Source of the DNA: a virus
Lineage: Duplodnaviria; Caudoviricetes
IMG/VR virus record: IMGVR_UViG_3300042991_000196
Span: 1 to 59,494 of that record
Strand: one strand, 5' to 3'
Length of the DNA: 59,494 nucleotides
Below the pieces are notes generated by a model, which did no database searches, was not told the origin of the DNA, and was given only the letters and a program-made list of their open reading frames with translations. The translations under genes and the position numbers were made by a program. Positions 30,375-40,387 of this stretch are shown in pieces. The stretch's first letter is position 1, and the number at the start of each line of letters is the position of its first letter.

Positions 30375-30720
30375 GATTTTAGGCGATATTGAAATGACGA
30401 GGGCTGACAGTTATCCGTTGATATTAACTGTTAAAAGCAAATCAACCAATCTGGCGATTGATTTGACAGGGTATGTATTTAAGCTCACAGTGAACAGTGA
30501 GAAAGACCCGATAGACATAACGCATCAGGTTTTTCAGGTGACTGGTGTGGTTGATCTTGATCAGGTGGCCAATAAAGGTAAGGTATCCTTTACTCCTACG
30601 TCCGCTGATACGGCAACTGTAGGAAAGTTTTACTATGACATCCAGTGGACAGTTGGTGGAACTGTGAAAAGTTGGAATGAAAAGAAAAAGTTCACGATTA
30701 AACAGGACATTACAAAGTAG
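30367..30720 (+). CDS. BppU-N-like tail/baseplate adaptor domain protein (start revised)
   Basis: R.DS..IDLTGY..G.V...T..DT..G..YYDIQ. Confidence 0.65.
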   Translation: MSEILGDIEMTRADSYPLILTVKSKSTNLAIDLTGYVFKLTVNSEKDPIDITHQVFQVTGVVDLDQVANKGKVSFTPTSADTATVGKFYYDIQWTVGGTVKSWNEKKKFTIKQDITK

Positions 30721-30755
30721 CTGGGTTATATTATGTTGTTGATGAGATAACTTGT

Positions 30756-30771
30756 TGTTCATTTATGAACG
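30756..30771. promoter_or_regulatory. YGTTCA-N4-TGAACR palindrome copy 4
   Basis: tgttcatttatgaacg, intergenic. Confidence 0.7.
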
Positions 30772-30819
30772 ATCAAACTGATTTACGCTACAGTTATCAA
30801 TTATGTAGAGGAAAATGAA

Positions 30820-31059
30820 ATGGCATATAAACCTGGTGATTACTTAGTAATTTGTGATCAATGTGGATTTCAACGCTATGCTTCTGAATGTAGAATGACT
30901 TGGAATAATTTATTTGTTTGTGCTGATACTTGTTGGGAAGAAAAACATCCACATTATTCTGATCCTAAACCTTTAGGTGAGAAACAAAGTGTACCTGTAT
31001 ATCGTCCTGAACCTGAAGAATCTTTTATAACTGTTCCAATAACTCAAGATGATTTATAA
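30820..31059 (+). CDS. Conserved Zn-binding morphogenesis protein
   Basis: ICDQCGF..W..L.VC..CWE.KHP..RPE. Confidence 0.7.
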   Translation: MAYKPGDYLVICDQCGFQRYASECRMTWNNLFVCADTCWEEKHPHYSDPKPLGEKQSVPVYRPEPEESFITVPITQDDL

Positions 31060-31062
31060 GGA

Positions 31063-31716
31063 GTGTTAATGGCTACTTTTGAAGAATTAATATTAAGAAC
31101 AAGTACTCTTGTGGATGATTCAAGTCTTGAAGATAGTTTTGGAGACTTTATCAATCAGGGAGTAGCTGAAATTGCTGGTGGTATGCAATCAGCTTTAGGG
31201 GATATAATTACACCACCTTTACCGGAGCTTCTATCTATAGATACTGTCACAACAGTTATTGGGGTAGCCTATGTAGATATGCCATTGACATTTCAACGGA
31301 ATCTTTGTCTTGCTGTATCAGCACGAGGAGCCGAAATTGATATATCACATTCTTTTATTGATTTTGTTACAACGTATCCAGCTCTTTCCAGGGTAGGTAA
31401 TATTTCTGAGGTTGTAGAGCATGGAGGGAAAATCTATTATCAGGGGATTCCCATGGCGGCTGAAATTTTAACCTTGCATTTTTACCGTAAACCTGTTATG
31501 ATGGTTAATGATGGAGATGTACCAGATGGTATTCCTGAACATTTGCAAATGTCATTATTGACTAATTTTGCTGCATGGAAATCTTATGAGTTTCTTGAAG
31601 ATGGAATTGAAAATGAGACTCCAAATACAACAAAATTTAAGGGTTTATTTTTTGAATCATTAAAAACACTTGAACTAACAGTTCCTTATGAATCTCGTGG
31701 GTTAATGTTGAGATAA
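31063..31716 (+). CDS. Putative head-tail adaptor
   Basis: TFEEL..FINQG..MP..F..FYRKP..IPEHL; size and position. Confidence 0.6.
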   Translation: MLMATFEELILRTSTLVDDSSLEDSFGDFINQGVAEIAGGMQSALGDIITPPLPELLSIDTVTTVIGVAYVDMPLTFQRNLCLAVSARGAEIDISHSFIDFVTTYPALSRVGNISEVVEHGGKIYYQGIPMAAEILTLHFYRKPVMMVNDGDVPDGIPEHLQMSLLTNFAAWKSYEFLEDGIENETPNTTKFKGLFFESLKTLELTVPYESRGLMLR

Positions 31717-31719
31717 GAT

Positions 31720-32640
31720 ATGACTGAATCAATTATTTTAAAAGGCGCTTCAGGATTAAATAATATTGTTGATCCTTTGCGGCATCAATATAATCCTGAA
31801 ACTGGTGTAGGCTTTTTAGCTGAAGCAGTTAATGTTGATATTGATGAAACTGGTATGATTTATAGACGTGCTGGACAAGTTCAATTATCTGATATATCTT
31901 CTCACTCATTATTTTGCGATAATGGTGACTGTTTTGTTATACAAGATAGAACAGCTGATGCTGCACTTTATAAAGTTGGTACAGATTTTTCATTGACTGG
32001 TGTTCGTTCAGGGCTGATGAAAGGTGCTAAAGTTTCTTACTGGCAAGCAGGAACAAAGACTTATTATTCAAGTGCTTTTCAAAATGGTATAATTGAAAAT
32101 GGTTTATCAAGTCCATGGCCTACTAATGTTCATGTGGGTGCGGATACAACAAGATCTTTTTATGCTGCTCCACTTGGTAATCATATTTGTGTCTTTCAAG
32201 GTCGCATGTGGATTGCAGTTGCTAATGTAATATGGGTTTCTGAGCCATATGCATATGGCAAGTTTGATATGGCGCGGTGTTTCTTTCAGTTTGGTTCAAA
32301 TGTCAGGATGATAAAACCTGTTCAGGCTGGTGTTTGGGTATCTACTGAAGAATCTACAGGTTTTATTCGTGGAGCAGATAAGTTTTCTGATATGAGTTTT
32401 GAAAAGAAAACAGAAGTCCCAGCGCATGAATATAGCGCGAATATTGAACTTGTTGATTTGAGTGCTACAGCTTTACAGATTCAGGGTTTATCTGCTATCT
32501 GGTCAAGTGATGATGGTTTGTCTATAGGTACAGCAGACGGAGCGCTGATTGTCCCAACAGCAAATAAGTTGTTATACCCAACTGGTTCATCAGGAGCAAC
32601 TGTTGTTTCTGATTATAATGTAATTAACTCAGTTTATTAG
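31720..32640 (+). CDS. Putative tail nozzle/stabilisation protein
   Basis: GLNN..EAVNVDI..G...RR.G; GRMWIA..SEP beta-propeller-like. Confidence 0.6.
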   Translation: MTESIILKGASGLNNIVDPLRHQYNPETGVGFLAEAVNVDIDETGMIYRRAGQVQLSDISSHSLFCDNGDCFVIQDRTADAALYKVGTDFSLTGVRSGLMKGAKVSYWQAGTKTYYSSAFQNGIIENGLSSPWPTNVHVGADTTRSFYAAPLGNHICVFQGRMWIAVANVIWVSEPYAYGKFDMARCFFQFGSNVRMIKPVQAGVWVSTEESTGFIRGADKFSDMSFEKKTEVPAHEYSANIELVDLSATALQIQGLSAIWSSDDGLSIGTADGALIVPTANKLLYPTGSSGATVVSDYNVINSVY

Positions 32641-32649
32641 GAGAATAAA

Positions 32650-33123
32650 ATGGCGCTACGATTAAGTACAGGTTTGGTAAATGCCTTAAATGTTACTGAT
32701 GATTTTAAGGGCTTAATGGCAAATGGTGTTATTTATCGGTATTCTGGCACACAGCCAACTGATGCGGATGCTCTTGAAACGGGAACTTTATTGGATGTTA
32801 TTACTTTGAATGCGGGTGCATTTACACCAGGAGTAGCCACGAATGGGCTTAACATGGGTACCAGTACTGATGGGGTCTTATCTAAAGATGCAGCTGAGGT
32901 GTGGCAATCAGTAGGTCTTGCTGCTGCTGGTACTGGCACGGCTGCTGGGTGGTTCAGATGGTATGCTAATGATCGTATTCAAGGAGCCAGTACCACGGCC
33001 ATTAGACTTGATGGCGCAATCGGTACTTCGTCCTCCTATGAAATGCGGATGTCAAATACATCAATTGTGGAAGGGAATACTTCCAGTGTGAGCACTTTTA
33101 CTGTTACTCAACCGAAAGCGTGA
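32650..33123 (+). CDS. Virion structural protein
   Basis: MALRLSTG..YSGTQP..AD..WFR..RLDG. Confidence 0.65.
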   Translation: MALRLSTGLVNALNVTDDFKGLMANGVIYRYSGTQPTDADALETGTLLDVITLNAGAFTPGVATNGLNMGTSTDGVLSKDAAEVWQSVGLAAAGTGTAAGWFRWYANDRIQGASTTAIRLDGAIGTSSSYEMRMSNTSIVEGNTSSVSTFTVTQPKA

Positions 33124-33127
33124 TCAA

Positions 33128-34090
33128 ATGGCATATGCAAACTTAGTAGCGCAGTCTTGCAGTAATCCTGCTGAAATATTTATGCGTTTCAGGGATTTCA
33201 TATGCAAGCGTAATGGAACATATAATTATTCCAGTACAGGGGTTGGATGGACTCTTTATGATTCTTATTACGCGATAAATGAAAGCACTATTTCAGTCGA
33301 TGATTATTTTGTGATATATTCAGCTGGTGAAGATGGTCAGCGCGATATGTATTTTCAAATCAAATTCTTATCTGGTTATATTGTTATTATTGGGATGCTA
33401 TATTGGAACAGTAGTACTAACACCGCGGTCGGTGTGTTTGGATCCGATAATAATCAATTTGGTTTTACAGATAGTAATATAGTTTATGTCTATGCTGATC
33501 TGGATGCATTTTATGTAGTTAGCCGCAATATTGACTATGTTATGGGCTGGGGTGGATGGATGCCAGATTCAACTATAGGTCAAGCCATAACAGTAGCTTC
33601 AAATGCTATTACCGCTGGATCATCAGTCACAGTGACTTTTACTGCTATTCCAGCAGGGTGGTACCCAGGTACATATCTTTTTGTTAGAGATCAAGCTCAT
33701 ATTGAATCAGTTCAAATTACTGATATTTCTGGTCTGGATGTTACTTTTCAGACATTTGTTAATTCTTATGCAGCAGGGAGTAAATTTGTATTAGAGCACA
33801 CCGTATTTTGTGGGGCATATTTACAAATAGCACATGAAGGTTCTTTAAATACAAATTATACAATGTATACAACATCATTACCAGGGCCGACAAATAGGGA
33901 CTATTTATTAAATAAATACGTGTCTCAAAAAATTGACGTTTGTACCTTGAATACTTTTATGGGTCCGCTTCCACATATATTATGCTCTGTGCCATTTGGT
34001 ACTGTGAGGTTTTTTTCTGTTGATGAAACTACGGGTTATAGGTATTTTCCTTTATCGACTGTAGGTGACATTTTAATATTGGAGGTATAA
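33128..34090 (+). CDS. Putative tail protein
   Basis: Beta-rich, tail module position. Confidence 0.55.
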   Translation: MAYANLVAQSCSNPAEIFMRFRDFICKRNGTYNYSSTGVGWTLYDSYYAINESTISVDDYFVIYSAGEDGQRDMYFQIKFLSGYIVIIGMLYWNSSTNTAVGVFGSDNNQFGFTDSNIVYVYADLDAFYVVSRNIDYVMGWGGWMPDSTIGQAITVASNAITAGSSVTVTFTAIPAGWYPGTYLFVRDQAHIESVQITDISGLDVTFQTFVNSYAAGSKFVLEHTVFCGAYLQIAHEGSLNTNYTMYTTSLPGPTNRDYLLNKYVSQKIDVCTLNTFMGPLPHILCSVPFGTVRFFSVDETTGYRYFPLSTVGDILILEV

Positions 34091-34096
34091 AAACTT

Positions 34097-34837
34097 ATGG
34101 ACTTATTTTTTATACCTTCAGATAGGCGTCCAATAGCAAACTTAATATACAACGCTCCAATAACTATAATCACAGAGATAGTTTTACCCTATAAAGAGGT
34201 TGCTTCTGAGTGCACTAATCCAATAATTGAAACCTCAGATGTGGTAATAGTTTTACCCTATAAAGAGGTTGCTTCTGAGTGCACTAATCCAATAGTCACA
34301 ATCACAGAGATAGTTTTACCCTATAAAGAGGTTGCTTCTGAGTGCACTAATCCAATAGTCACAATCACAGAGATAGTTTTACCCTATAAAGAGGTTGCTT
34401 CTGAGTGCACTAATCCAATAGTCACATGGGGCAGTATTAAAAAGCGGGTCCTTCGTGTGCTATGTGAAATGGGCAGTGATACCAGTATAGATTTACCAAA
34501 ACGAATAATTTCATCTGAAAGCTGGAATCCAACAGTTGTTTATAGTGACATAACATTACCGAAGATTCGTCTTGCAGCAGAAGTAGAAAATTGGAAAGTG
34601 GCTATTGTTAAAATGACACTGCCAATGAAAAAGGTTTCATGTGAATGCCTTGCGGAAGATTTTACATATGGCACAATAACACTTTCTGCAAGAGTAATGG
34701 AATCAGTAATAAATGCAGGTACTGTAACTTATTGTAGTATGACTTTACCGAATAAACTATTGCGATCGGAATCAGGCAGCATACTTGACTATTCAGTAAT
34801 CAAACATCACAGACCTGGAACAGTTTGTAACATTTAA
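34097..34837 (+). CDS. Repeat-containing tail protein
   Basis: IVLPYKEVASECTNPI x4 then degenerate ~21-aa (T/D)LP repeats. Confidence 0.7.
   Translation: MDLFFIPSDRRPIANLIYNAPITIITEIVLPYKEVASECTNPIIETSDVVIVLPYKEVASECTNPIVTITEIVLPYKEVASECTNPIVTITEIVLPYKEVASECTNPIVTWGSIKKRVLRVLCEMGSDTSIDLPKRIISSESWNPTVVYSDITLPKIRLAAEVENWKVAIVKMTLPMKKVSCECLAEDFTYGTITLSARVMESVINAGTVTYCSMTLPNKLLRSESGSILDYSVIKHHRPGTVCNI
34178..34420 (+). repeat. Four identical 48-bp in-frame repeats (periods 69, 63, 63)
   Basis: atagttttaccctataaagaggttgcttctgagtgcactaatccaata at 34178, 34247, 34310, 34373. Confidence 0.95.
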
Positions 34838-34849
34838 GGAGACTTTATA

Positions 34850-36310
34850 ATGGGGTCATTTGTTAATGGCATATCTGTAAATTTATCATTACCTACTCCA
34901 GGATACCCACAGGATTTTGAAGGCGAATGGGAAGCCCCTGGTATAAATTCAACCGGGGCGTATGCCCTTGTTAACGAGCGATTCGATGCTGTGTCAGAAG
35001 ACGCTGACGCGATGCTTGTTACTCTTCAGCAATATATGGCCAATCTTAATGGTATCATTGCCCCTTTAGTAATTCCAAATGTTACATATGATTCACAAAC
35101 TATTCCTAATTTAGCTGGTAATATCCCCTCCCCACCAGTAATGGCAGCAAGTCTTGATTTGGTTTTTCCTGACTTCTCTGTTGTTCTTGGCACTCTTGCA
35201 TCAATCCCGACAGTTGATTTATCAGATATTGATCCCGCTGACCCTCCAGATACAATAGCAGACTCTCTTTCTTGGGTAGCTTCCAGTTACGATACAACAC
35301 TGTTTACACCATTGTTGACTCGAATAATCAATGATTTACAAACTGGAGCCACTGGACTTGATGCTACTGTTGAGCAAGAAATATTTGATCGCGCCAGAGC
35401 CAGACAGACTATCGAGTTCAATAAGACTCAAACTGAGATTGAAGATTACTTTGCTGTTCGTGGCTTTGATCTTCCACCTGGGGCAATGGCAGGACGCTTG
35501 CAAGAACAAGCCAGTGAACAAGCCAGAAACTTGCTCGATTTGAATGGCAAGATAATGATTGAGCAAGCTGAACTTGCTCAAAAGAACAGTCAGTTTATAC
35601 TTAGTTTGGCGAAAGATTTAGAGTCAGTGCTGCGTGACTTTTATAATAAGACCAATGATCGCTCACTTGATTATGCAAAGGCTTTAGCTGTTAATGCTAT
35701 TGCAATTTATGCAGAAAATATCAAGGGCTACATCGCTAAAGCTGAAGCTGATAAGATTTATATTGAAGTACAAATTGAAAATCTCAAAGCAACCGTTGAA
35801 TATAATAAGGGAGTAATTCTTGCTTTTACAGGTGAAGTAGAAGCGTATACCGCTGAAATAAATGGTAAAGCATCAAAAAATAAAGCAATTACTGATGTTT
35901 ATTCAGCCCAAGTAGACGGGTATGAGTCAGAGTCTCGTGCGGTTACTGAACAGCAAAAAGGTTTGGTAGCGGAGTGGGAACTAAGGGTAAAAAATGCTGA
36001 TTCTGATATGCAAGCCCAACTTGGTGAGATCGACGCTCAAGTAAAAGCATATGGGGCTGAATATGGGTTGCGAGAGAAGGTTGCTGAATCACTAACTAAT
36101 GTTTCTGCCCAAGCTTTGGCCTCGATGTACGGTGCAGTTAATGCCTCTGCAGGAATTTCTAACAGTTATAATGCTGGTGAAAGTGAATCTTGGAGTCATT
36201 CAGAATCTCGTGGAATTAGTATAGGACACTCAGAGAGCATAGGGTCAAGTCTTGGGGTATCGGCCAGTCTTTCTAATGATCTTAGAGAATCTCATAACTA
36301 CGAAGAGTAA
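34850..36310 (+). CDS. Coiled-coil virion protein
   Basis: RGF.LPPG motif, long helical region, Ser-alternating C-terminus. Confidence 0.7.
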   Translation: MGSFVNGISVNLSLPTPGYPQDFEGEWEAPGINSTGAYALVNERFDAVSEDADAMLVTLQQYMANLNGIIAPLVIPNVTYDSQTIPNLAGNIPSPPVMAASLDLVFPDFSVVLGTLASIPTVDLSDIDPADPPDTIADSLSWVASSYDTTLFTPLLTRIINDLQTGATGLDATVEQEIFDRARARQTIEFNKTQTEIEDYFAVRGFDLPPGAMAGRLQEQASEQARNLLDLNGKIMIEQAELAQKNSQFILSLAKDLESVLRDFYNKTNDRSLDYAKALAVNAIAIYAENIKGYIAKAEADKIYIEVQIENLKATVEYNKGVILAFTGEVEAYTAEINGKASKNKAITDVYSAQVDGYESESRAVTEQQKGLVAEWELRVKNADSDMQAQLGEIDAQVKAYGAEYGLREKVAESLTNVSAQALASMYGAVNASAGISNSYNAGESESWSHSESRGISIGHSESIGSSLGVSASLSNDLRESHNYEE

Positions 36311-36312
36311 TA

Positions 36313-38343
36313 ATGTTACCAGTTCCCCCACGACTGAAGTTTCATGGTAATACCCATGCAGCTAAACAGTTTAAACGGTTTGCATTATCTCAGCTTGAGA
36401 TTCTGAAAAAACAGATGTCTTTTCAGGGGCTGAAACAGGGCGTTCGTAGAGTATCACCATTTGAGGGAGTGCTTATTGAGTGTGTCTCAAAGTTTGGTTT
36501 GCATGTTGTTAATGTGTTTGTAGCGCCTTCACTAATTATTCGGCCAACAAAACAAAAGTATGGTTTGTTACTTGGTAATGCTGAACTTCTTGACGTATGT
36601 AAAAAACCATTTTATCCTATTTATATGGTCTACCATGATCAGTTTAAAGGACATCAGATTGTATTTTGTGAATATAGTTTAATTGATGGGTTACAAAATT
36701 TTACATCTTCTGAAAATACTAATCTTAACTATGAATCTTTTATTTCTCAAATAAAATTTAATGACATTACAATAGACTATTTTGATCCGTTAATTAATGA
36801 TACTAAAAGTGTGTGTGTGGATATTTTATTAACTAAAGAACTCACACATATTTATATTTCAATAAATATAATAGCAGGGATACCAGATTGTACTAAATTA
36901 AATACAAGTAGTGATATAATGGCTGCTGAAGAGAATAACACTACAATATTTATAATCAAAGATGAAAAAGATATTTTTCGTGAAATTCATAAAACTGTCA
37001 TTATTGATACCAGTACATGTATAAATTTCAATGAGGATAAAACTGAATTATACACATGTAATTTAAGTTGTGATGAAGCTACTGGATTAGTATTTATTAG
37101 TGCCTCTTTATATAAAAGAACATTTATAGACGGGAAACATTCATGGGAGCTTATAGTTAATCGAGTAGGCACTATAGATATAGATAATACATATGTGTCC
37201 GGATCACATGTAGATCAAAATGGATTTTTATATGGGATTTATACGGAGGTGCCTTCTGATGTTACTGCAAATATTTATTACAAAATTCAGGTAGGTAAAA
37301 AAGAAGATGGCCAGTATGTTACTTCTGATTTTACTATTGCTGACTTGATAACAATCACAGAACCCACAGAAACTTACATGTGCAGAGGGACGGTTGTATC
37401 TTCTACAGGGTTTGAGCCAATTAAAGCCACAGTGGTTGACTTATCAGGTGAAACGGGGATGTCTTTTACTAGATCGGGTAAAAGCACTGCGTATCCAGTT
37501 TGCCATGGTACTTGGCCCTGTCAAGTTTTTAATGGTACAAACTGGGTTTCTGGTCCTTGTGGTGGGGGCGCTGGTGGTATTCCATGCCCTGGGTCTGATT
37601 GCATAGCTACATGGTATCCATTTTCAAATCCTTCGACGCGACGAGGAACATTTTATTATAATACAGATCATTATTTTGCTTTAGATAACACCTGTCCAGT
37701 ACGAGGTTTTACTTATCAAGCCACGACTGTAGATATAACTATAAATTTTGATGCCCCAGAGTTTTCTGGAAAACACATAATTGAAACATCTTCAGGCACA
37801 TGCGAGCCTGCACAATGGATAAGTGGGCACGGTGAATCAGAAACTTGGTGGGGTGATTGTATATATGTTACCAGTACTATAAATATGTCATCAAAACCAG
37901 GTGCGTCAGGACCAGATTTATCACATGCTTTTGGTAGTAATGTTATAGTAAAACACAATAATCAAACTTATGAGAAACTTGTTTCTGAGGGAAGCCCACA
38001 AGGCAGAGCAGAGCAGAGCGTAGCGGCAATATGGCCATCTTGTGAACCTTATGACTTTATAGACGCGATGCACTATTACCGTGATGAATATTTAACTATA
38101 TGGGAAACACAAGAGGAGTGTTGTACTTTGTACCCTATTGAAAAAGATCAAGTTAAAGCTACTAAAGGATTTGTTTCTGTTAGTCCGTCACAGGTACTTT
38201 TAGCAGGAATAATTTATCAATCTCCACCTAACTTAGATATTCATATGGCTGTGTTGGTAAATTCAATAGAATGTGCAGATACGATACAAAATACACTTAA
38301 TTGTTTACCAGAAAAGTTTGGATACATTGGATTTGTGTGTTAA
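36313..38343 (+). CDS. Cys-rich putative tail/receptor-binding protein
   Basis: Basic N-terminal domain, AT-rich Cys-rich body. Confidence 0.55.
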   Translation: MLPVPPRLKFHGNTHAAKQFKRFALSQLEILKKQMSFQGLKQGVRRVSPFEGVLIECVSKFGLHVVNVFVAPSLIIRPTKQKYGLLLGNAELLDVCKKPFYPIYMVYHDQFKGHQIVFCEYSLIDGLQNFTSSENTNLNYESFISQIKFNDITIDYFDPLINDTKSVCVDILLTKELTHIYISINIIAGIPDCTKLNTSSDIMAAEENNTTIFIIKDEKDIFREIHKTVIIDTSTCINFNEDKTELYTCNLSCDEATGLVFISASLYKRTFIDGKHSWELIVNRVGTIDIDNTYVSGSHVDQNGFLYGIYTEVPSDVTANIYYKIQVGKKEDGQYVTSDFTIADLITITEPTETYMCRGTVVSSTGFEPIKATVVDLSGETGMSFTRSGKSTAYPVCHGTWPCQVFNGTNWVSGPCGGGAGGIPCPGSDCIATWYPFSNPSTRRGTFYYNTDHYFALDNTCPVRGFTYQATTVDITINFDAPEFSGKHIIETSSGTCEPAQWISGHGESETWWGDCIYVTSTINMSSKPGASGPDLSHAFGSNVIVKHNNQTYEKLVSEGSPQGRAEQSVAAIWPSCEPYDFIDAMHYYRDEYLTIWETQEECCTLYPIEKDQVKATKGFVSVSPSQVLLAGIIYQSPPNLDIHMAVLVNSIECADTIQNTLNCLPEKFGYIGFVC

Positions 38344-38429
38344 ATCATTATTTAATATCGCTTAAATACGTAATTACGATGAGTTCATATGACAAAATCC
38401 TTAAAAACTTTATTAGATTGTAATACATA

Positions 38430-38903
38430 ATGCAAACAATACGAACTAATTTAAAGAATAGCGCGTCAACGCAATATATCAATTTCAACTACACCTCTAT
38501 GTGCCGGTTTAATGGGGTTATGTTAGGTGCTGGTCAGGGTGGATTGTTCAAAGCCTGTTGTGGAACTGATGATAATGGCACAAAAATTGACGCGTATTTT
38601 ATTCCATATACTGTTGATTTCAATGATGATCATCCGAAAAGATTACGCCGAATTTATCTTGGTGGAATTATTGAAGGTGATTTGAAACTTACTATAACAG
38701 GTAACGGAAGTGACATCAATGGCCCATATACTATAACACCAAATACTTCTGAAACTAAGCAAGTTAAAATGTTCTCCATTGATCGAAGTGTTGGTCATAA
38801 ATGGGTTTATGCTGATATTAAATTTGAAAATGTTAATGGATCATTTTTTGCCATTGATTCAATACTTGCTGTTTATTCAACACATCATAGACGGAGAAAT
38901 TAA
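38430..38903 (+). CDS. Virion/tail protein
   Basis: TQY.NFN..S..DF..KR...YLG. Confidence 0.6.
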   Translation: MQTIRTNLKNSASTQYINFNYTSMCRFNGVMLGAGQGGLFKACCGTDDNGTKIDAYFIPYTVDFNDDHPKRLRRIYLGGIIEGDLKLTITGNGSDINGPYTITPNTSETKQVKMFSIDRSVGHKWVYADIKFENVNGSFFAIDSILAVYSTHHRRRN

Positions 38904-38905
38904 AA

Positions 38906-40387
38906 ATGGTTTATAATCCATATGAAGATGAAAACCTCTTAAAAAATCAGGGTGGAGTTAGCAGAGATTCTCTCGTTGCCAAAGGTGCAGAAGGATTAGG
39001 CCGAGCTGTTATAGATTTACCTAAACCATTTGTTGCTGCATCGAGGACAATGGCATCAATGACTGGTGGTGATATAACTCAAGGAATAGCAAACAGATTA
39101 TCAGCTGATGCTAAAACACAAAATGAGGCTTTAAATCGGGGAAATGTAAATCTTGCTTTAGGCGCAGATAAGTTAAAAACAGATATTGCATCAGGAAACT
39201 TTCCTCGGCGTCTTAATGAATTACCAAATTCTCCAGTATCTCCAATTGGAAATCTTAGTAGATTACCTGAAAAAAACTTAAATCAAGATAGAGTTCTTCC
39301 TGGGATGGGACCATTATTAGCAACTAATCCAAATGTTGATAAACGTTTTCAAGATATGCAAGCAGGTATTCGTGGAGTATCACAAGCTCAGGTAAGAGAT
39401 GCACAAAGTCGAGGATTACAATATGGTGGTAATCAAGATGGTTTGAAAGCATACCCGAAATTAAATCAAATTCCAACATTTACTAATGATCGTGGAATGT
39501 TACAAGCCAGAGATCAGAATGGAAATCTTATGTCTCGTCAAGCTGGAATTGATGCGGCCCGTCAAAATAATCTTAATAATTTAGGACAAGTAGGTAAATC
39601 AGTACTTGCAAGTAGACAACCTGAACAATCAGTAAGGTATAGTAATGGTGGACTTGATATTACATTTGCTCCAGGAACATCAAATCAAGAAATTACTGAT
39701 TTTACTGGCACACATCGAGGATTAGTTAATGCCAGACAGGAGCAAGAAAAAATAAATGCTGCTCAAGCAACAAAATTACAAGCAATGAATGATGGTCGTG
39801 GACCTGGGCCAGCTATGCCAACATTGCCTAATTTATCTGGGATGACCGTTAATCGACAAGAAGCAGCAATAAAAGCATATACAGCAAAACAATCTGCTTA
39901 TGATAACTGGCATCAAAATGTTACGCAGGCAGAAAATTATCGAGGACAAAATGCTAATGCAGCAGAACAAAATGCAATCAGTAGAGAGCATTATGGTGTT
40001 ACTGGTGCAAATGATGCTTTGCGAGCACAGACTGATGCAACTACCAAGACACAGGAAATGAATCTTGCAAATAGTAAAGATATAAATACTCAGCGAGCTT
40101 TAATGAATGCTACTCCTGAACAAAGTCAAGCATATCATCTTGGCTTGAAAGCACAAGAACCAGATATAAAAACACTTAGAGTTCCTATTAATCCAGATAT
40201 TCCTGCATTAGGTGAGCAAGATATATTAGTAAATGCTACTACTGGTAAACAAATTAATTATTCACAAGATAATAAAATGACTTTTGAACAAGCATTAGCA
40301 AGTCATCCAGCATATCAAAAGAAATTTGCCACAATGACAGCAGAACAGCAAGATGAAATGCGTAAAAGATTTGCGGGAGGAAAATAA
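38906..40387 (+). CDS. Putative internal virion (ejection) protein
   Basis: Q/N/A-rich, Cys-free; abuts giant gene. Confidence 0.6.
   Translation: MVYNPYEDENLLKNQGGVSRDSLVAKGAEGLGRAVIDLPKPFVAASRTMASMTGGDITQGIANRLSADAKTQNEALNRGNVNLALGADKLKTDIASGNFPRRLNELPNSPVSPIGNLSRLPEKNLNQDRVLPGMGPLLATNPNVDKRFQDMQAGIRGVSQAQVRDAQSRGLQYGGNQDGLKAYPKLNQIPTFTNDRGMLQARDQNGNLMSRQAGIDAARQNNLNNLGQVGKSVLASRQPEQSVRYSNGGLDITFAPGTSNQEITDFTGTHRGLVNARQEQEKINAAQATKLQAMNDGRGPGPAMPTLPNLSGMTVNRQEAAIKAYTAKQSAYDNWHQNVTQAENYRGQNANAAEQNAISREHYGVTGANDALRAQTDATTKTQEMNLANSKDINTQRALMNATPEQSQAYHLGLKAQEPDIKTLRVPINPDIPALGEQDILVNATTGKQINYSQDNKMTFEQALASHPAYQKKFATMTAEQQDEMRKRFAGGK

Noticed and set aside
30689-30704. Additional palindrome copy agttcacgattaaaca
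   Set aside because: One core and one flank mismatch inside a CDS; compatible with chance
34178-34420. CRISPR-like array of 48-bp repeats
   Set aside because: Spacers are only 21/15/15 bp, two are identical, all are in frame within a CDS, and there is no cas operon
25063-38343. Diversity-generating retroelement or invertible tail cassette
   Set aside because: No reverse transcriptase, invertase, integrase or TR/VR pair seen
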